From: Yuukianura sp. NJ FZ-2021 | Lineage: Eukaryota | Assembly: GCA_046563655.1 (NCBI GenBank) | Contig: CM102288.1 | Location: forward strand, 1,240,001 to 1,304,000 | Direction: 5' to 3' | DNA: 64,000 bases | In this document: piece by piece, positions 39,583 through 52,572 of the stretch | Layout of the letters: the number at the start of each line of letters is the position of its first letter | Position numbering within the stretch: the first letter of the stretch is position 1 | Program-made: the position numbers and the translations under genes | The notes under the pieces: generated by a model | Told to the model about the DNA's origin: nothing | Databases searched by the model: none | Seen by the model: the letters and a program-made list of their open reading frames with translations, nothing else

Positions 39583-42500
39583 ATGACTGCCGTTTGGCAA
39601 GCCCTTATCCCTGAAACACCTTCAACGGAGCCCTTAGCCTTACCGCAGAGTCCAGATGACCTTGCAGTGACCTCAGACTCTGCCATGACCTACTACAACC
39701 ACAACAATCTCCAAAATACTGGATTCCAAAATTCAAATTCTGGATACCAGAGAGTCAAACCAGTGACATGCGACAACAACAACTTAGTTTTGACCCCGCC
39801 TTCACCTCAACCTCAGGTCAACAACATCTCTGTTCTAGTTTCCAACAATGACTCAGATGGAAACACTAACAATGGCAACAACAATGACAAAAACAGAGCT
39901 TTCCAAAGACTCACTTCAGCAATGACTTGGGGAGATCAATTTTGGAGGTAAAAGTTTCATAATTTAAGAAAAAGTCAAATTACAGCGTCTTTAATTTGTT
40001 CTCTAAAAAGTAGGTTCTCGAATCAGGAATTCAATTCCGTTTTTTGCACTTTTGGATTTGAATTGCTCGTTTCGTTCAAATATGAATGAAGTTTTTACGG
40101 CAAATTTTTTATGGGAGCACAAAGAACTCCAAATGGATTTTTCTATTTTTAAAAAACGTGGAAACAATAAGGGGGTTTTTATGATTAAGGTTTTATAGGC
40201 AATTTGAAGTGTTCAACTTCAGCAAAAATTGGACAAACTTTTTCAAACTCGACGTGTCACATAAAACATTTCAAATTTAGATGAGTTCAGGTGGCTTTGT
40301 TTTAAATTAGGTTTAAAGGTTAGGGTAATGAACTTATTATTAATTAAAGTTGAATACGTCATGAGGTGCTTGTGACGTCAACATTCTAAAAATGAAGTGA
40401 TGTATTTACGTTTTAACAGGTTTTACTCTGATAGATTTGAAGGTCAGCGACGTGACCGCAGGAGAGATGACGCAGTAAACTATCGCAACAGATATTTTCA
40501 AAAATCGGGTGTTTATAATACGCGCCAAGTGAACGTGTTTGAACGGACGCGCCGATATATTCGCGACATTTTCACGACCCTCGTGGACTCAAAATGGAGA
40601 TGGACGCTTATTGTGTTTTCCTTTAGTTATGTTCTCTCGTGGCTTGGTAAGTTCAAAAATTCAAAATTTTGAAAAATTTACAATTCTTGAACTAAAATAA
40701 GACGCTAGCAACTTTCCAACTTTCCACACTCATTCAAAACTGAATTTGACTTTTTCGTCACTACCTAGAATTCGAGAAAAAATACAACGACGTTGAAGTA
40801 CTTTTAAGATTTTAAACTATGGAGGGAGACTTGGGACTCAAATTGTTTCACTCAAAGAAATTAATTATATTGTTTTTGGCTCAAAATTTGAAAATAGTTA
40901 AGAGGACAATGTTAGAGGTTAGACTCGTGCCTGGTTGTGAAAAATGATTTTGCTCAAGACAAAAACTTTTCACAATGAGGCGTTTAAGTGGCAGCAGCCA
41001 ACTTCGTCATGATGGTAGAAAAGCTTGATAGGCTTCCAGCTGACATTGACGAAGATGGTGGTCCAACCCTATCCATTTTTGCCAACTTTCACCAATTTTT
41101 GGCAATCTATTTTTTTTTCTATTTTGCTGATTGAGGACTCTACACTGCTCACAGTTTCATGAGTTAATTTTCTGCAGTTCTAAAAATAGAATAAGTCTTA
41201 AAACAATTACAGTGACATCGTTTCTGGGCGGAGCGTTAGGAGATTTTGAGAGAGTGTTGTGACAGGCTTACGAGAACTTTCCATTAACAGTACCCAGTCC
41301 TCTTATCTTTTGCAAGCAAAAACACCTCCAGCGTTTGGCATTAACGTTCCCTCCATACTCCCTACCCAAATTCAAAACTTTTTTTTTCCACTTGGAGAAA
41401 AACAAACCAAAAATGAAATTTTTAATTTTAAACTGAATTTGATTAATTTTGTTCCAGGTTTTGCCATTCTCTGGTTCCTCATTTTATTTCTGCATGGTGA
41501 CCTGGAGAAAACAAAGAAAGAAATGGACAAGTGCATTAGCGGAGTTCAGTCATTTCCGTCCATATTTTTGTTTAGTCTTGAGACGCAGCATACGATAGGC
41601 TACGGTACGCGCTACATGAACGAAAATTGTCCAGACGCCATTTTACTCTTAGTCGTTCAATCCATCACTGGAATTCTTATTGAAGCCTTCATGGTCGGCG
41701 TCGTTTTTGGTAAGAATCAGGTCAAAGGTCAAACTTTTTTGAAAAATTATGTCAAAAACTTGACATTTTCTGTTCTATTTTTCAGCGAAACTGTCCAGGC
41801 CGAAGAAGCGATCCCAAACTCTAGTCTTCAGTAAAAATGCAGTCATTTGTCAACGGGATGGAAAGAATTATTTGATGCTCCGAGTTGGTGACCTCAGAAA
41901 CCGAAGTTCGGTTTTTGAGGCTCATGTGCGGGCACAAGTCATTACGAAGCATGTAACAGCTGAAGGAGAGGTCATCCCTCTGCATCAAGAAGAAATCAAG
42001 GTCAGTTGTGTCTCATTTCGTTAAGGTGTTTTGCATTAGGCTAGCAGTTTTTTGTTATGTTAGGCTCAAAACCTAACCTTAACCTAATCTGCCTAATGCA
42101 CAATAACACTTTTTACTTGCCCAGTTCTATTCTAGTCTTTGTGTCAAATTGACACAAATTTGGTCAAGGTATGTCGCCTTTTCACCAAAATTAGCGACCC
42201 ACTTTTCGCGCGTTTTTGTGAATCTTAACATGACCCTGGCTAGATTCCAAGTGAGTACACAGTACCTAAATTGAATCACAATGAAAAAGAAAGGTCATTC
42301 GTGAACCCTAACCTAACAATCCTAACTAACCTAACCTGGCTAACCTAATTTGAGCAGAAAGACAATTTACAAACTTCTACATCCATTTTTTATTAGTCTT
42401 CTCAATTTGAAAACACATTTGAATTGAACCGCTCGACAATAAACTTGGAACGCCTGTTAGCCTAAGCGCTCAAGCGTTGCTAACAACGCTTCAATCGATT

Positions 42501-44283
42501 CCCCAATTATAACGGCACGAGAAAAGACAATTTCAAGGTCAAACTAAAAAGCGAAGAGAACAACATAGGAAAAAATCAATAGAAATTAACAATTGAGCAG
42601 CACTGGAATCGCTGCTGTCCAATTAAAGTCTTTCACTTTTCCAAAAGTATTGGACATTTTGTTTATCATTCCATCTTAATCGTGGCTTTAATTAGTTTGC
42701 TTTTTAACTTATTTAATTAACCATAAGCTGATCTGACTTAATTTTGTATTAGGTTGGAGGGTACGCTGAAGATGAAGATCGCTTATTACTTTTCTGGCCG
42801 ACACTTGTAGTTCATGAAATTAACGCTTCCAGTCCGTTCTACAGCATGTCAGCCAATGACCTCCAGCGAAGTCAGATGGAACTGCTGGTTATTCTGGAAG
42901 GGGTTGTGGAATCCACTGGAATGACGACGCAACTCCGCACGTCGTATCTTCCACAAGAGATCTTCTGGGGTCGACGGTTCCGTGACCTTTCGTCGTACAA
43001 GTCAGATACAGGTCAACATGTCTTTGATTTTGACCTGTTCAATGACACATTCCCCGTAGACACTCCGCTCTGCTCTGCTCAAGACTTAGATCAACTACGT
43101 CAAATCAAAACGGAATCAGCGGCACACACAGGTACATCAGTTCCATATGTAATTTGGCCAAAAAGTGAAATGACCTGCAAAAAAAAGCCCAAAAAGGAAA
43201 ATAAAACCCAGATAACCTAACATAAGGTCTTTTGAATTTTGGAATTTTCATTTTTGGTCATTTCACATTTGACCAAACTTTTTTTGGCCATTTCGCCTGC
43301 TATGGGTACATAACCTACCATAATCTTAGCATAACCTATCTTAAGTCAGCGTCCTACTTTCCATAATTAAAATTTACGAAAATTTCATTTTTTTTGCAAA
43401 TTCGACACACGGCACAACGCCCTGGAGCAGGAAATTGGCATATTAGAAATAAATGAAAATTTTGAAATTTATGACGCGGGATGTTGCGTGAGAGGAAATT
43501 GAGTTGTGTATGAACTGGATGATTGAAAGGGGACATGTCACTTTCAATGTCAAATGTCGTCAACCTCTCAATTTTGAAAAGTGGATGAGCCTCCATATCA
43601 AAACACACTCAGAAATTTTGGACATATTTTTCCAAAATTGATCAAAAAATAAAATCATGGGGGTAAAAATGGTTCATAAATCATGAAAAGTTCAACTCCT
43701 CCTTCCATGTGCACAGCATACACACAGCACAAAATTTGAGAGAAAAGAGAAAGTCGCTCTAATCAGATTGGAATAATTGATTTTGCGTTAGCTTAAAGAG
43801 TTCAACCTTAAGTCAACACAACCTCGCCTAAAGAACAAAGAACAAAAGAATTTTGAACAAAAAGAGTTATTTACTTTGCATTTACATTTATAGCATAAAT
43901 TTATTGATTTTTTGGTGAAAATTTCAGGTATTATGATGCCGGCTGAAGGTGATGGAGAAATTCAGTCTCAAATTATGTCGCAACCATATCGGAACGACGA
44001 CGTCTTCCGGCGATCACCGAAGAAAAGTAACATTGAGCTTACGATTATCAACGGCATGGGGGAAGCACGGAGAGCCTCAATTGACAGTTCAGATGACTAT
44101 GGCCATGGAGGTCACCACTCGGATAATGCCTTCAATTCAAGTGACGAGGAAGAAAGTAGCGACGACTCGGAAGATGGTCGCCTCAAAATATGTCGCCTGG
44201 CCCTCCCCGGCATGGGAGCAAAAAAGCGACAACGCTCATCTACTTGCACTTGCTCTACGAATGTCTCCGACTCAAACGTATAG
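39583..44283 (+). CDS. Inward-rectifier potassium channel (Kir/Irk family), paralog A, ~597 aa; 6 coding exons
   Basis: Exons 39583-39947, 40420-40646, 41458-41709, 41786-42000, 42753-43131, 43928-44283 (1794 nt). Motifs [35 protein letters not shown] (K+ filter), [74 protein letters not shown]. The start codon and last-exon choice are less certain. Confidence 0.92.
43139..43304. mobile_element. Degenerate 166-bp foldback MITE inserted at the exon-5 splice donor of Kir paralog A
   Basis: Ends agttcca…cctgctatg match the ends of the 60106-60663 element read on the minus strand (ggttcca…cctgctacg). Internal inverted repeat tttggccaaaaagtgaaatgacc (43153-43175) / ggtcatttcacatttgaccaaa (43256-43277) surrounds a taacctaa core. 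Flanks are ggtacatc (43131-43138) and ggtacata (43305-43312), a 7/8 match. Confidence 0.65.
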
Positions 44284-47200
44284 AAGCCGAACCCAACAAA
44301 ATTTCAGCCAATGAGCTGCGTCGACCAGAAGTTATCGCTGCGCATGCGCTCAGTCCAGCCCAGTTGCTCACTAAACCCAACGGATACTTACTAAAAACTA
44401 ACTTTTACAAGCCTTTAACCCTAACTTATTAGCTTCAGAAGAGATATTACATGTGTATAAATATAAATATGCGTGTTATATACATTAGTATGTAATACAT
44501 GTGTATATAATATACATTTGTATATTAATTTACATTTGTATATTGTATTATAACTACATAATGTAAATATCCTACTGTTGGAAATTGTCAACATTGTGGA
44601 CCTTACTGTACATTTACTAACAGTAGTGCTTCCAATGGTGACCTTTTGACCCCAGTTTCGTCCAAAACATTAACCAAAAACTGATGTACCTCTTGATCAA
44701 AATTCAAAGTGACCTTTAACATAACATTGAAAAATTACGCTAAACAAAACTTTCAAAAAATTTTAAACTTCTCAAAAAAAAATCCCATTTTTAAAAATTT
44801 AGTTCCAGTCAGTATCTGTTTTATTAGTGTTTTTTGTTAATTGTAAAGCGTGAATTTGTGTTTTTAACAAAAGTAGGCCATGCTAGTCACCAAAGAAGAT
44901 GAAAGAAGACAAGCTCGAGGAATTTGACTTTTCCTGGTGCAAATTTTTCTAGGCAAATTTAGAAACTTAATTGTTAAGAATCTCAAAATCCTAATAAGAG
45001 CTAAGAGGTTCACACTTTGGAATTCAATTAGGTAGTTAAATTTTAGTTAATTTTAGTTAGTGTGTACTTCTAAGCAATGGACTTCTAGACCTGACGTCAG
45101 ACGACTAAAATTATTGCTAAAACTTTGGAATAAATTATGGATTCTCAACTAAATCAATAAGAGCAAACCAATAAGCCAATGGAAAATACCTGGGACACGC
45201 TCACAAGTGTATATCAAACGAATTCAAAACGTTGACATGTTAGCTTTTTCAAAAACAAAACTGTTTGCACGTAGTATTAATTACCAATTTTTTAAGGCAA
45301 AAACTACAAAATTTTGAGGAAAATTCCTTGTTTTTGTCCAATTTTTGTTTTGGTTAGAAAACAAGTTATGAAAAGTGAATGGTGGTGCGATTGGATTTTG
45401 TTTGTTTTGAAAAAGCTGAACAAACTTTTGCATTTTTTGTGTAGGTTTTAGACCCATTAACAACTTAGATTGGAGTTGAGGAGTCATAATTCATGATGTG
45501 TTGAGCCAGTTGTGGTAGTTGAGTCAACAAAAGGCTTAAAGTGAGGAAGTTGTTCATTTTGTGGAAATGAAAATCAATTGAACAAGGTCCTTACTTTAGT
45601 CAAAAATTAAATGGGATTAAATGCTCCAATTAATCACGATTCATGACCTTGTCTAGCAATCTAAAAAACTTGGGTCAATCTAAAAAGTGTTGGAAATTAT
45701 AAAAAAAGAGTCTCCATCCTCATCATGAACGGAATCCGCAGGATTTTATTCACAAGTTGTGATTGTGAATGAGAGTTGAATGTCTTTTAAATTAATGGAA
45801 CTTTTACATCAAACGTCGGATTTTTATGGTTTTTTAACACAAACGTTGACGTTTCAAATGAATGATCTTCTAATTCGGGTCAGACCAACACTACGCATTC
45901 AAGAAAAGAACAAAAAATCTTCAACTTTTACTAAATTAATTCACAATTTTGTAGAGTTCAAAAAACGAAAACACACAAAAACAAAAAGAACTTTCACTAG
46001 AAAAAAATTCTTATTTTTCATCGAAAATGACAGAAGGCTGTTAGTCATCTTAAAACTTTGATGTCAGAATTTTACAATGGAAATTTTTTGTTCATTTCTT
46101 TTTTCTGAAAAGTGGAGTTAATTGCATAGTAGAAAATGGTAGAATTGACGTAAAGTGGCAAGTGGGTTAAGATTATGGGAAGAAGACGTGAGATAGTTTA
46201 CGTCGAAGATGAAAAAAAGATGATGAATCAAGTGGAAATGACGAAAGAAGTTTTTATGATCCATTTCATCTGAAGTCTCAGAATTTTGAGAGAGATCAAA
46301 TGACTCTTTAAAAGGTTCAAATGATCAGACTCACTTGGCATATGCAAGAAGCTTCTACTTTAACATTTAAAAGACTATAAGTGCTAAAACTTAATTAAAT
46401 CTTGATGTCTTTGGATTTTTTTTTGCACATGAACTTTTTTTTAATGAAGATCTTACTATGTAGATATAATGTGATATCTTATTAAATACATATGAAATCA
46501 TATATCTAATGTAATGTTCATAACTTCTTAGCATTTCCGCTCTTTATAACATATAAATTTAGTGGTAGTGGAAAAGTTCATTTCCACACATGGTAGTCCA
46601 ACATGAGTCACTTCAATTTTCCAATTGCAAAACAATGCAGAAACTCATCAATGATTCAAAACTTTTTGTGCAAATTACTTCTGTTGACCAAAAAATTTAA
46701 TTGGAATTATTAGACATACTTGAGCTCCTACCTGCTGAGAATGCAATTAATCAACTAGCAAAAACGAAAATTACAAAAGCAACAACTTTTTTTTTTGCTG
46801 ATTGAAGAAATAAAAGTAGCATTTCAAAAATTTCTTTTTCTTACTTCATTTGTTGTAGCTTTAGTTTTAGGTAAGGTAGACTTTTGAAAGTAGAGATTTT
46901 GGAAAAAGTGATTTGTCATTTTGAATCCTTAGTTTTTTAAAAAGAGTTTCTATTGTTTATTTCCTGGACCGGATGTACAATTGGTGATCTGGAAAAACAA
47001 AAGCTTCGTGTGCAATTTTCGCTTTTGTGTTTTAACGATGAGTGACAAGGAAATGACTTTTTGTCATTTTGAGACGCGCCTTTAGATCACAATGCATCCT
47101 GCAAAAATGTACTTTACAACAACTTCTAAACGCTAACTCTTTCATGTCATGGAATTCAGTCTAGAGCAGCATGACATTTCTATAAATTCCAAAATACTCA

Positions 47201-48981
47201 AATTTCAGACATTGTAATTAGTAATCCCAGAACACAAGGCAATCTGTTCTTCATCAAATGGAAAATTTCATAAAACAAAGTACTGTCAGTTTTTTAAAAA
47301 ATCTTTTCAACAATAATTGAACAATTGTAGTTTTTGACAAGGTGATCTAAAACTGAAAAAAGTCGACATTCAAGAGAATCTCAAGATCTTTTTAAGATCA
47401 TCTTTCAAGATTTGAAGATTTCAAACCTATAAAATCTCTGCCCACTACTTCTGTAATACCTTTACAAAGCCCTTCGGCAGACTACAGTTTTTTTGATTTC
47501 TTAAAAATCATGATCAGTCATAAACCTTCACCACCCCACCCACATTTCCAAGGTCACTGAAAAAAACCAACTTGGTTACTGCAAGAGGGACTTCAAGTAC
47601 CCCCGAACAAGATCCCTTAAGATCACTCTAACCAAAAAAAACTGCACTTTTTAAATTTTCCTTCAAACATTCATCACTCTCAGGTATTTACGGTTTGACT
47701 TTGAACCACAAATTTTGAAAACTGAAAGTGAAGATTTGCTTTTGTTAGTCTAAAGTTAAACAATCATTGCAATGTCAATAGAAGTTCGTCCGAGAAGTGT
47801 AAATATTTGCATTTTGGCAGTATTAAGTACATCTCACCTGGACACTTCAAAAAATAACATCATCTAATCAAAGCCAAAAATACAAAGTTAACCACAAAAT
47901 ACTAGGCGCCAACAACGTCAAATTTTGAAATTTTGAAACGAACTGACGGAATGCTTTGATTCAGTACTTTCAACACGGTTGTTTCAGTGCTCAGCGGTGC
48001 GATTGAAGTGAGTGACCTCTACTGTTTTCTTAAGATAAAGTGTGAAGAGGGTCAGCATGCAGGTCAACTTGACCTCAACGTGAAGCCGAAGGTGTGAAAC
48101 TATCAAAATTTCACTTTTCCGAGAAGCACTCATGATCTCATAACCGCTTAGTTGTGGTTCCGTGGTATTTTTTCAAAATCAAACCTTATGCAAACAGTCT
48201 TGTCACTTTTGTGGTTGAATGTTAGAGTCTGTTGGTCAATTAGCAAATAGAGAGCATAACATTTAGCACTTGTTACGTCAGTAGAGTATTCCCTATGTTA
48301 GGGGAAACATTCAAGTGTATGTACATGTAGTAGGGTGGACTTGGCATCTTCTTTTTGGATCTTCCTCCCTCTACTGGATTCTGATCATTTCTGAACCACT
48401 TTAACTTTACAACAAACAAGAAACTTTTTAAAGTTTGGTAAATACGAGATGTGGATTTAGTTTGAAGGGGATTACGCAGGAAGTTCAAGGAGTGAAGAAC
48501 AATCGAACAATAAGTTCAACAGGAGCCGCTGCTGCTTCTTAAAACAACTTAACTACAATTAAACTTTAAGCTTGTGAGTATAATTACGATTAACATTTCA
48601 AAAGAATTGCAAACGTGTAAGTTAGTTTTAGCATAGTTAAGCTTTTCAAGCAAAAAACAAACGTGTGTAATAGCATAGAAATTTTGCAGCACTAGATTTA
48701 TTGTAAGTCGTAAATCACGAAGTAGAAATCGTGTCATAACTGTTTTGAGTTAACGTAAAAAGTTAAAAAGTGACGAAAAATTTATACCACCGTAAAAGTT
48801 TACTAAAGTGACCAAAAACTGTATTTCAGTTACCGTAATTCTTAAAAGTGAGAGAATTTTTGAGAGTCTACTGTAGAGACGTAAAAAATGTTTTGCTTTT
48901 CTGTATTATGACATTGTGTTCAATCAATTTTAAAATTTTAGAAATTTGTCACAAAAGTTTATAAATTTGAAACTATTAGAA

Positions 48982-51790
48982 ATGCTTTCAAATGGAAAAC
49001 GAGTTACAGTAGTTGACATTGAATCTGGTGAAGGAACATCACAATGGCCGCGTGACACCTCGAGAGGTCACGACCAAGGTCACGAAGAATGCGAAGAAAA
49101 CAATCAACTTTTGCCAAAATCATCACACAGTGCAGACCTCGGGTCAAACCTGTCCCGAATTCTGTCAAACTCACAAAACCAAATTCAGATTGTTCCGACT
49201 AAAGCAATAGTTCACCCCCTGGGGTCAACCAAGGTCATTCCCAACAATAACAACAATGACGAAAGTAGAAGTGACCCCTTGGTGGCAAAAACACAAAGAA
49301 TACCTCCAAGTCCCACCGGATCACCCACCAGTTTAAGTTCACCCAGCGTGGCTCTGAGCCCCACCGGATCGGCCCCACCAAGCCCATCAGCCGCCAGTAA
49401 ACTACTGCATGGAAAAGACCCACATCACAGTGCCCTCAACAATACACTAACAAGTATTGATGCCAAATTTAGAAAATGGATGAGCTCCAAATATGGCCGA
49501 ATTCGAAAAAGACTCATTTTCAAAAATGGTGAAGTCAACTTGAGTCAGATGAATGTTTCAAAAAGGAAGCGTCGATACTTGGCAGACATCTTTACTACTG
49601 TAAGTTTTTCGTTGGATTTTGAAATTCCACGGTTCCAAATTTGGCCAATGTTGAAATTTTTACAAAACGGTTTTTGCAAAGTCCCGATAGTAGGTCAACT
49701 ATTGGCCAATCCAGTTTTTTTTAAACATAACCCACGCTTTACGTGTTTCTTGATTTTTTTTTGCTTTTTAAAGCATTTTGAAAACCTTAACATTTTAATT
49801 CTGCTTGTTTAATTTGATGTATTTTTTATTTCTGTTCATTTTTTATTATGTTGCAAAATTTTGTAATGATTTTTTTTGTGCAAATTTGATTTGTAGCTTG
49901 TTGACATTCAGTGGCGATTTACCCTACTCATCTTTTCAATGAGTTTCATCCTAAGTTGGCTTTTCTTTGCAACTGTGTGGTGGACAATTGGCTACCTTCA
50001 TGGAGACCTTGATCCAGATAATTTCCAAAAAATGTTACTCGAACCGCCAGAATTCAGACCTTGTTTTCAAAATTTCCAAGGATTTGCTTCAGCATTTTTA
50101 TTTTCAATTGAAACGCAGCATACAATTGGATACGGATCGCGTTTTACAACGGGTAAAAAACAATAAACATCAAAAACACAATCCAACATTTAAAAAACAC
50201 ACAGTACATTCATATTACATAACAAAAAACAGAAAATGGACAAATTTTCTGCAGCTCAATTTGAACATAAAAATTGTCTGTGTATTGAACCGCATCTGTA
50301 ATTTGAACAGTTCAAACTACAAATTTGCTACGGTTCAATAACTCTCTAGACAATTTTTATAATTCATTCATTCAAAATTTTGAAATTAACAATTGAAAAT
50401 TGAATTTTTCTGTTTTCCGTAGAGGAGTGTCCTGTTGCAATTTTTACGATGTGCATGCAGAGTATTCTGGGCGTACTGATCCAGGTAAGTCACTTTCACA
50501 CTAATTAACAGAAACTTAAAAGTAAAACCGATGATGCAGAACGCCACTGGAAAGCGGATACGCCATGCTCATGACGTTGTGGCGTACAAATTCAAGCGTT
50601 AAGAATTCTAACACCTTGCTCATTAAGTATGCAAAGGGCGTTGTTAAGTTGCCTATTCTTAAAACTCTCAAAAGCTCTCTTGCAGCTAATAAAACTCCCG
50701 TTTAAATGATGATTTGAATTGAAAAGTTCATTTTATTTCATTTTTAACGCGGGTGTTAGAAATTATTCTGCGCTTGAGTTTTAAAAAATCCAGAAAAGCA
50801 ATAAATCATGTCGTCGCGACGTCAGCCTTTGACCTATGATGATCCCTGTTCACACTCATGTTGAAACTTCAAAATTTGAAATGCTAGTCGTAATTTGGAA
50901 AGATACTAACTTAGTATTCAGTTTGGATTGACTTGACCTTTGACTTTTCTTGTTTTGTGACCTTTCAGGCTGTTATGGTTGGAGTAATCTTTGCCAAAAT
51001 GTCGCGACCAAAGAAGAGAACTCAAACGCTCGTGTTTAGTCGCAATGCTGTTGTTTGTCAACGGGATGGTCAACTGTGTCTGATGTTCCGTGTTGGAGAC
51101 ATGCGCAAATCACATATAATTTCGGCCAATGTTAGAGCACAAATCATCAAGAAGAAAGTTACCAAAGAGGGGGAAGTTATGCCATATTACCAACATGAAC
51201 TCAAGGTTGGAGTGGATGGGAGTCCGCAGATTTTCTTCATATGGCCAGTCATGGTTGTCCATAAAATTGATTCCGAGAGTCCATTTTATGAGATCAATGC
51301 TGCTGACCTTATCAAAGATCGATTCGAGCTAGTTGTTATACTGGAAGGAGTAATTGAAACGACTGGAGCAACTACACAAGCTAGGTGAGAAACTAAATAA
51401 TTTAACATTTCAACTTTCTGAAATTTGGAAATTTTGAAATAATTTGTCTTTATGGCTCCAGGTCATCTTATTTGCCTTCAGAAATACTATGGGGGCACCG
51501 GTTCGAATCCATGGTGTCATTTAAGAAAGAAATTGGTGAATATGTTGTAGACCATACACTGTTCAATTCAATGTATGAAGTAGACACGCCAGTTTGCAGT
51601 GCAAAAGATTTGGAGGAATTGGCTCATATACAAGACGAAATGAAAAAACAAGGTAAACTTTTTTCGTATGAATTTGTGGAATTATGATTAATTTGATGTT
51701 TTTCTAAATTAAACATTTTGGATTTCAGGAGGAAACAAATTGTTAGCACCGTTCCGAGTTCCGGCAATTGCACAATATAGTCTGCCCTGA
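48982..51790 (+). CDS. Inward-rectifier potassium channel (Kir/Irk family), paralog B, ~534 aa; 6 coding exons
   Basis: Exons 48982-49599, 49897-50152, 50423-50484, 50969-51384, 51462-51652, 51729-51790 (1605 nt). Motifs [127 protein letters not shown]. An upstream exon is possible (ag just before the ATG). Confidence 0.93.
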
Positions 51791-52572
51791 CTTTTGAAAA
51801 GCGTTGAAAATAAGGAGCAAATTTAGAAATTTTTTTAATTTATAGAGAATAGACTGGCTGCTTTCTTTTAGAAAGTGTAAATGAGTTATGCATTTTTGCT
51901 GTTTTTTAACCATTAACTCACCCGGTGATTTTTCTGTGACACTGACACATGCACATTTTCTAAAGAAATAAAGAAAATTCATCGTCTTTAGAGAGAATTT
52001 TAAGAGACAAAATGTTTCTTTGGTGTTTTGCTCACTTTCTCCTTTCATAGCATTAATTTTGGTTTGTGAAGGCTTGCCGACTTTGTACTTTGTTAAAAAG
52101 CTTTAAAACTTTGACATTATGGTGAAAGTCAATCAACTTTCATAAATTAAATAACTTATGACATTGGATAAGAAGGGTACATTATGCCACGTTATGTTAA
52201 GAATACATGCTGCGCTGGGTACATCATGCAGAAAATACGTATAGTCAACCGTATCTCACTTTCGAATTGTCGCACATGGCGGATATTTCAAAATAGTGAG
52301 ACAAGTAAAAAAAATTTAAAAGTTAGCAACAAATAAAAACACAACTGCCAACAGCCGAGCCGAAAAATGCCATTTCCTGAAGTTTTTCAAATTTTCTTGT
52401 TAGTATAATCAAAAATCAGTGTTCCTTCATTAATCTAGATTTTTGTAAGTATTCGATTAATTGAACTTAGCGTAAATGAAGTCGAGCTGAATTTAACAAA
52501 AGTTGGAAGACTGGGAAGTACTTACTTCAATCTCCGTTCACAAGGCCGGCAGCGTCATAGGGAGACTTTGAC

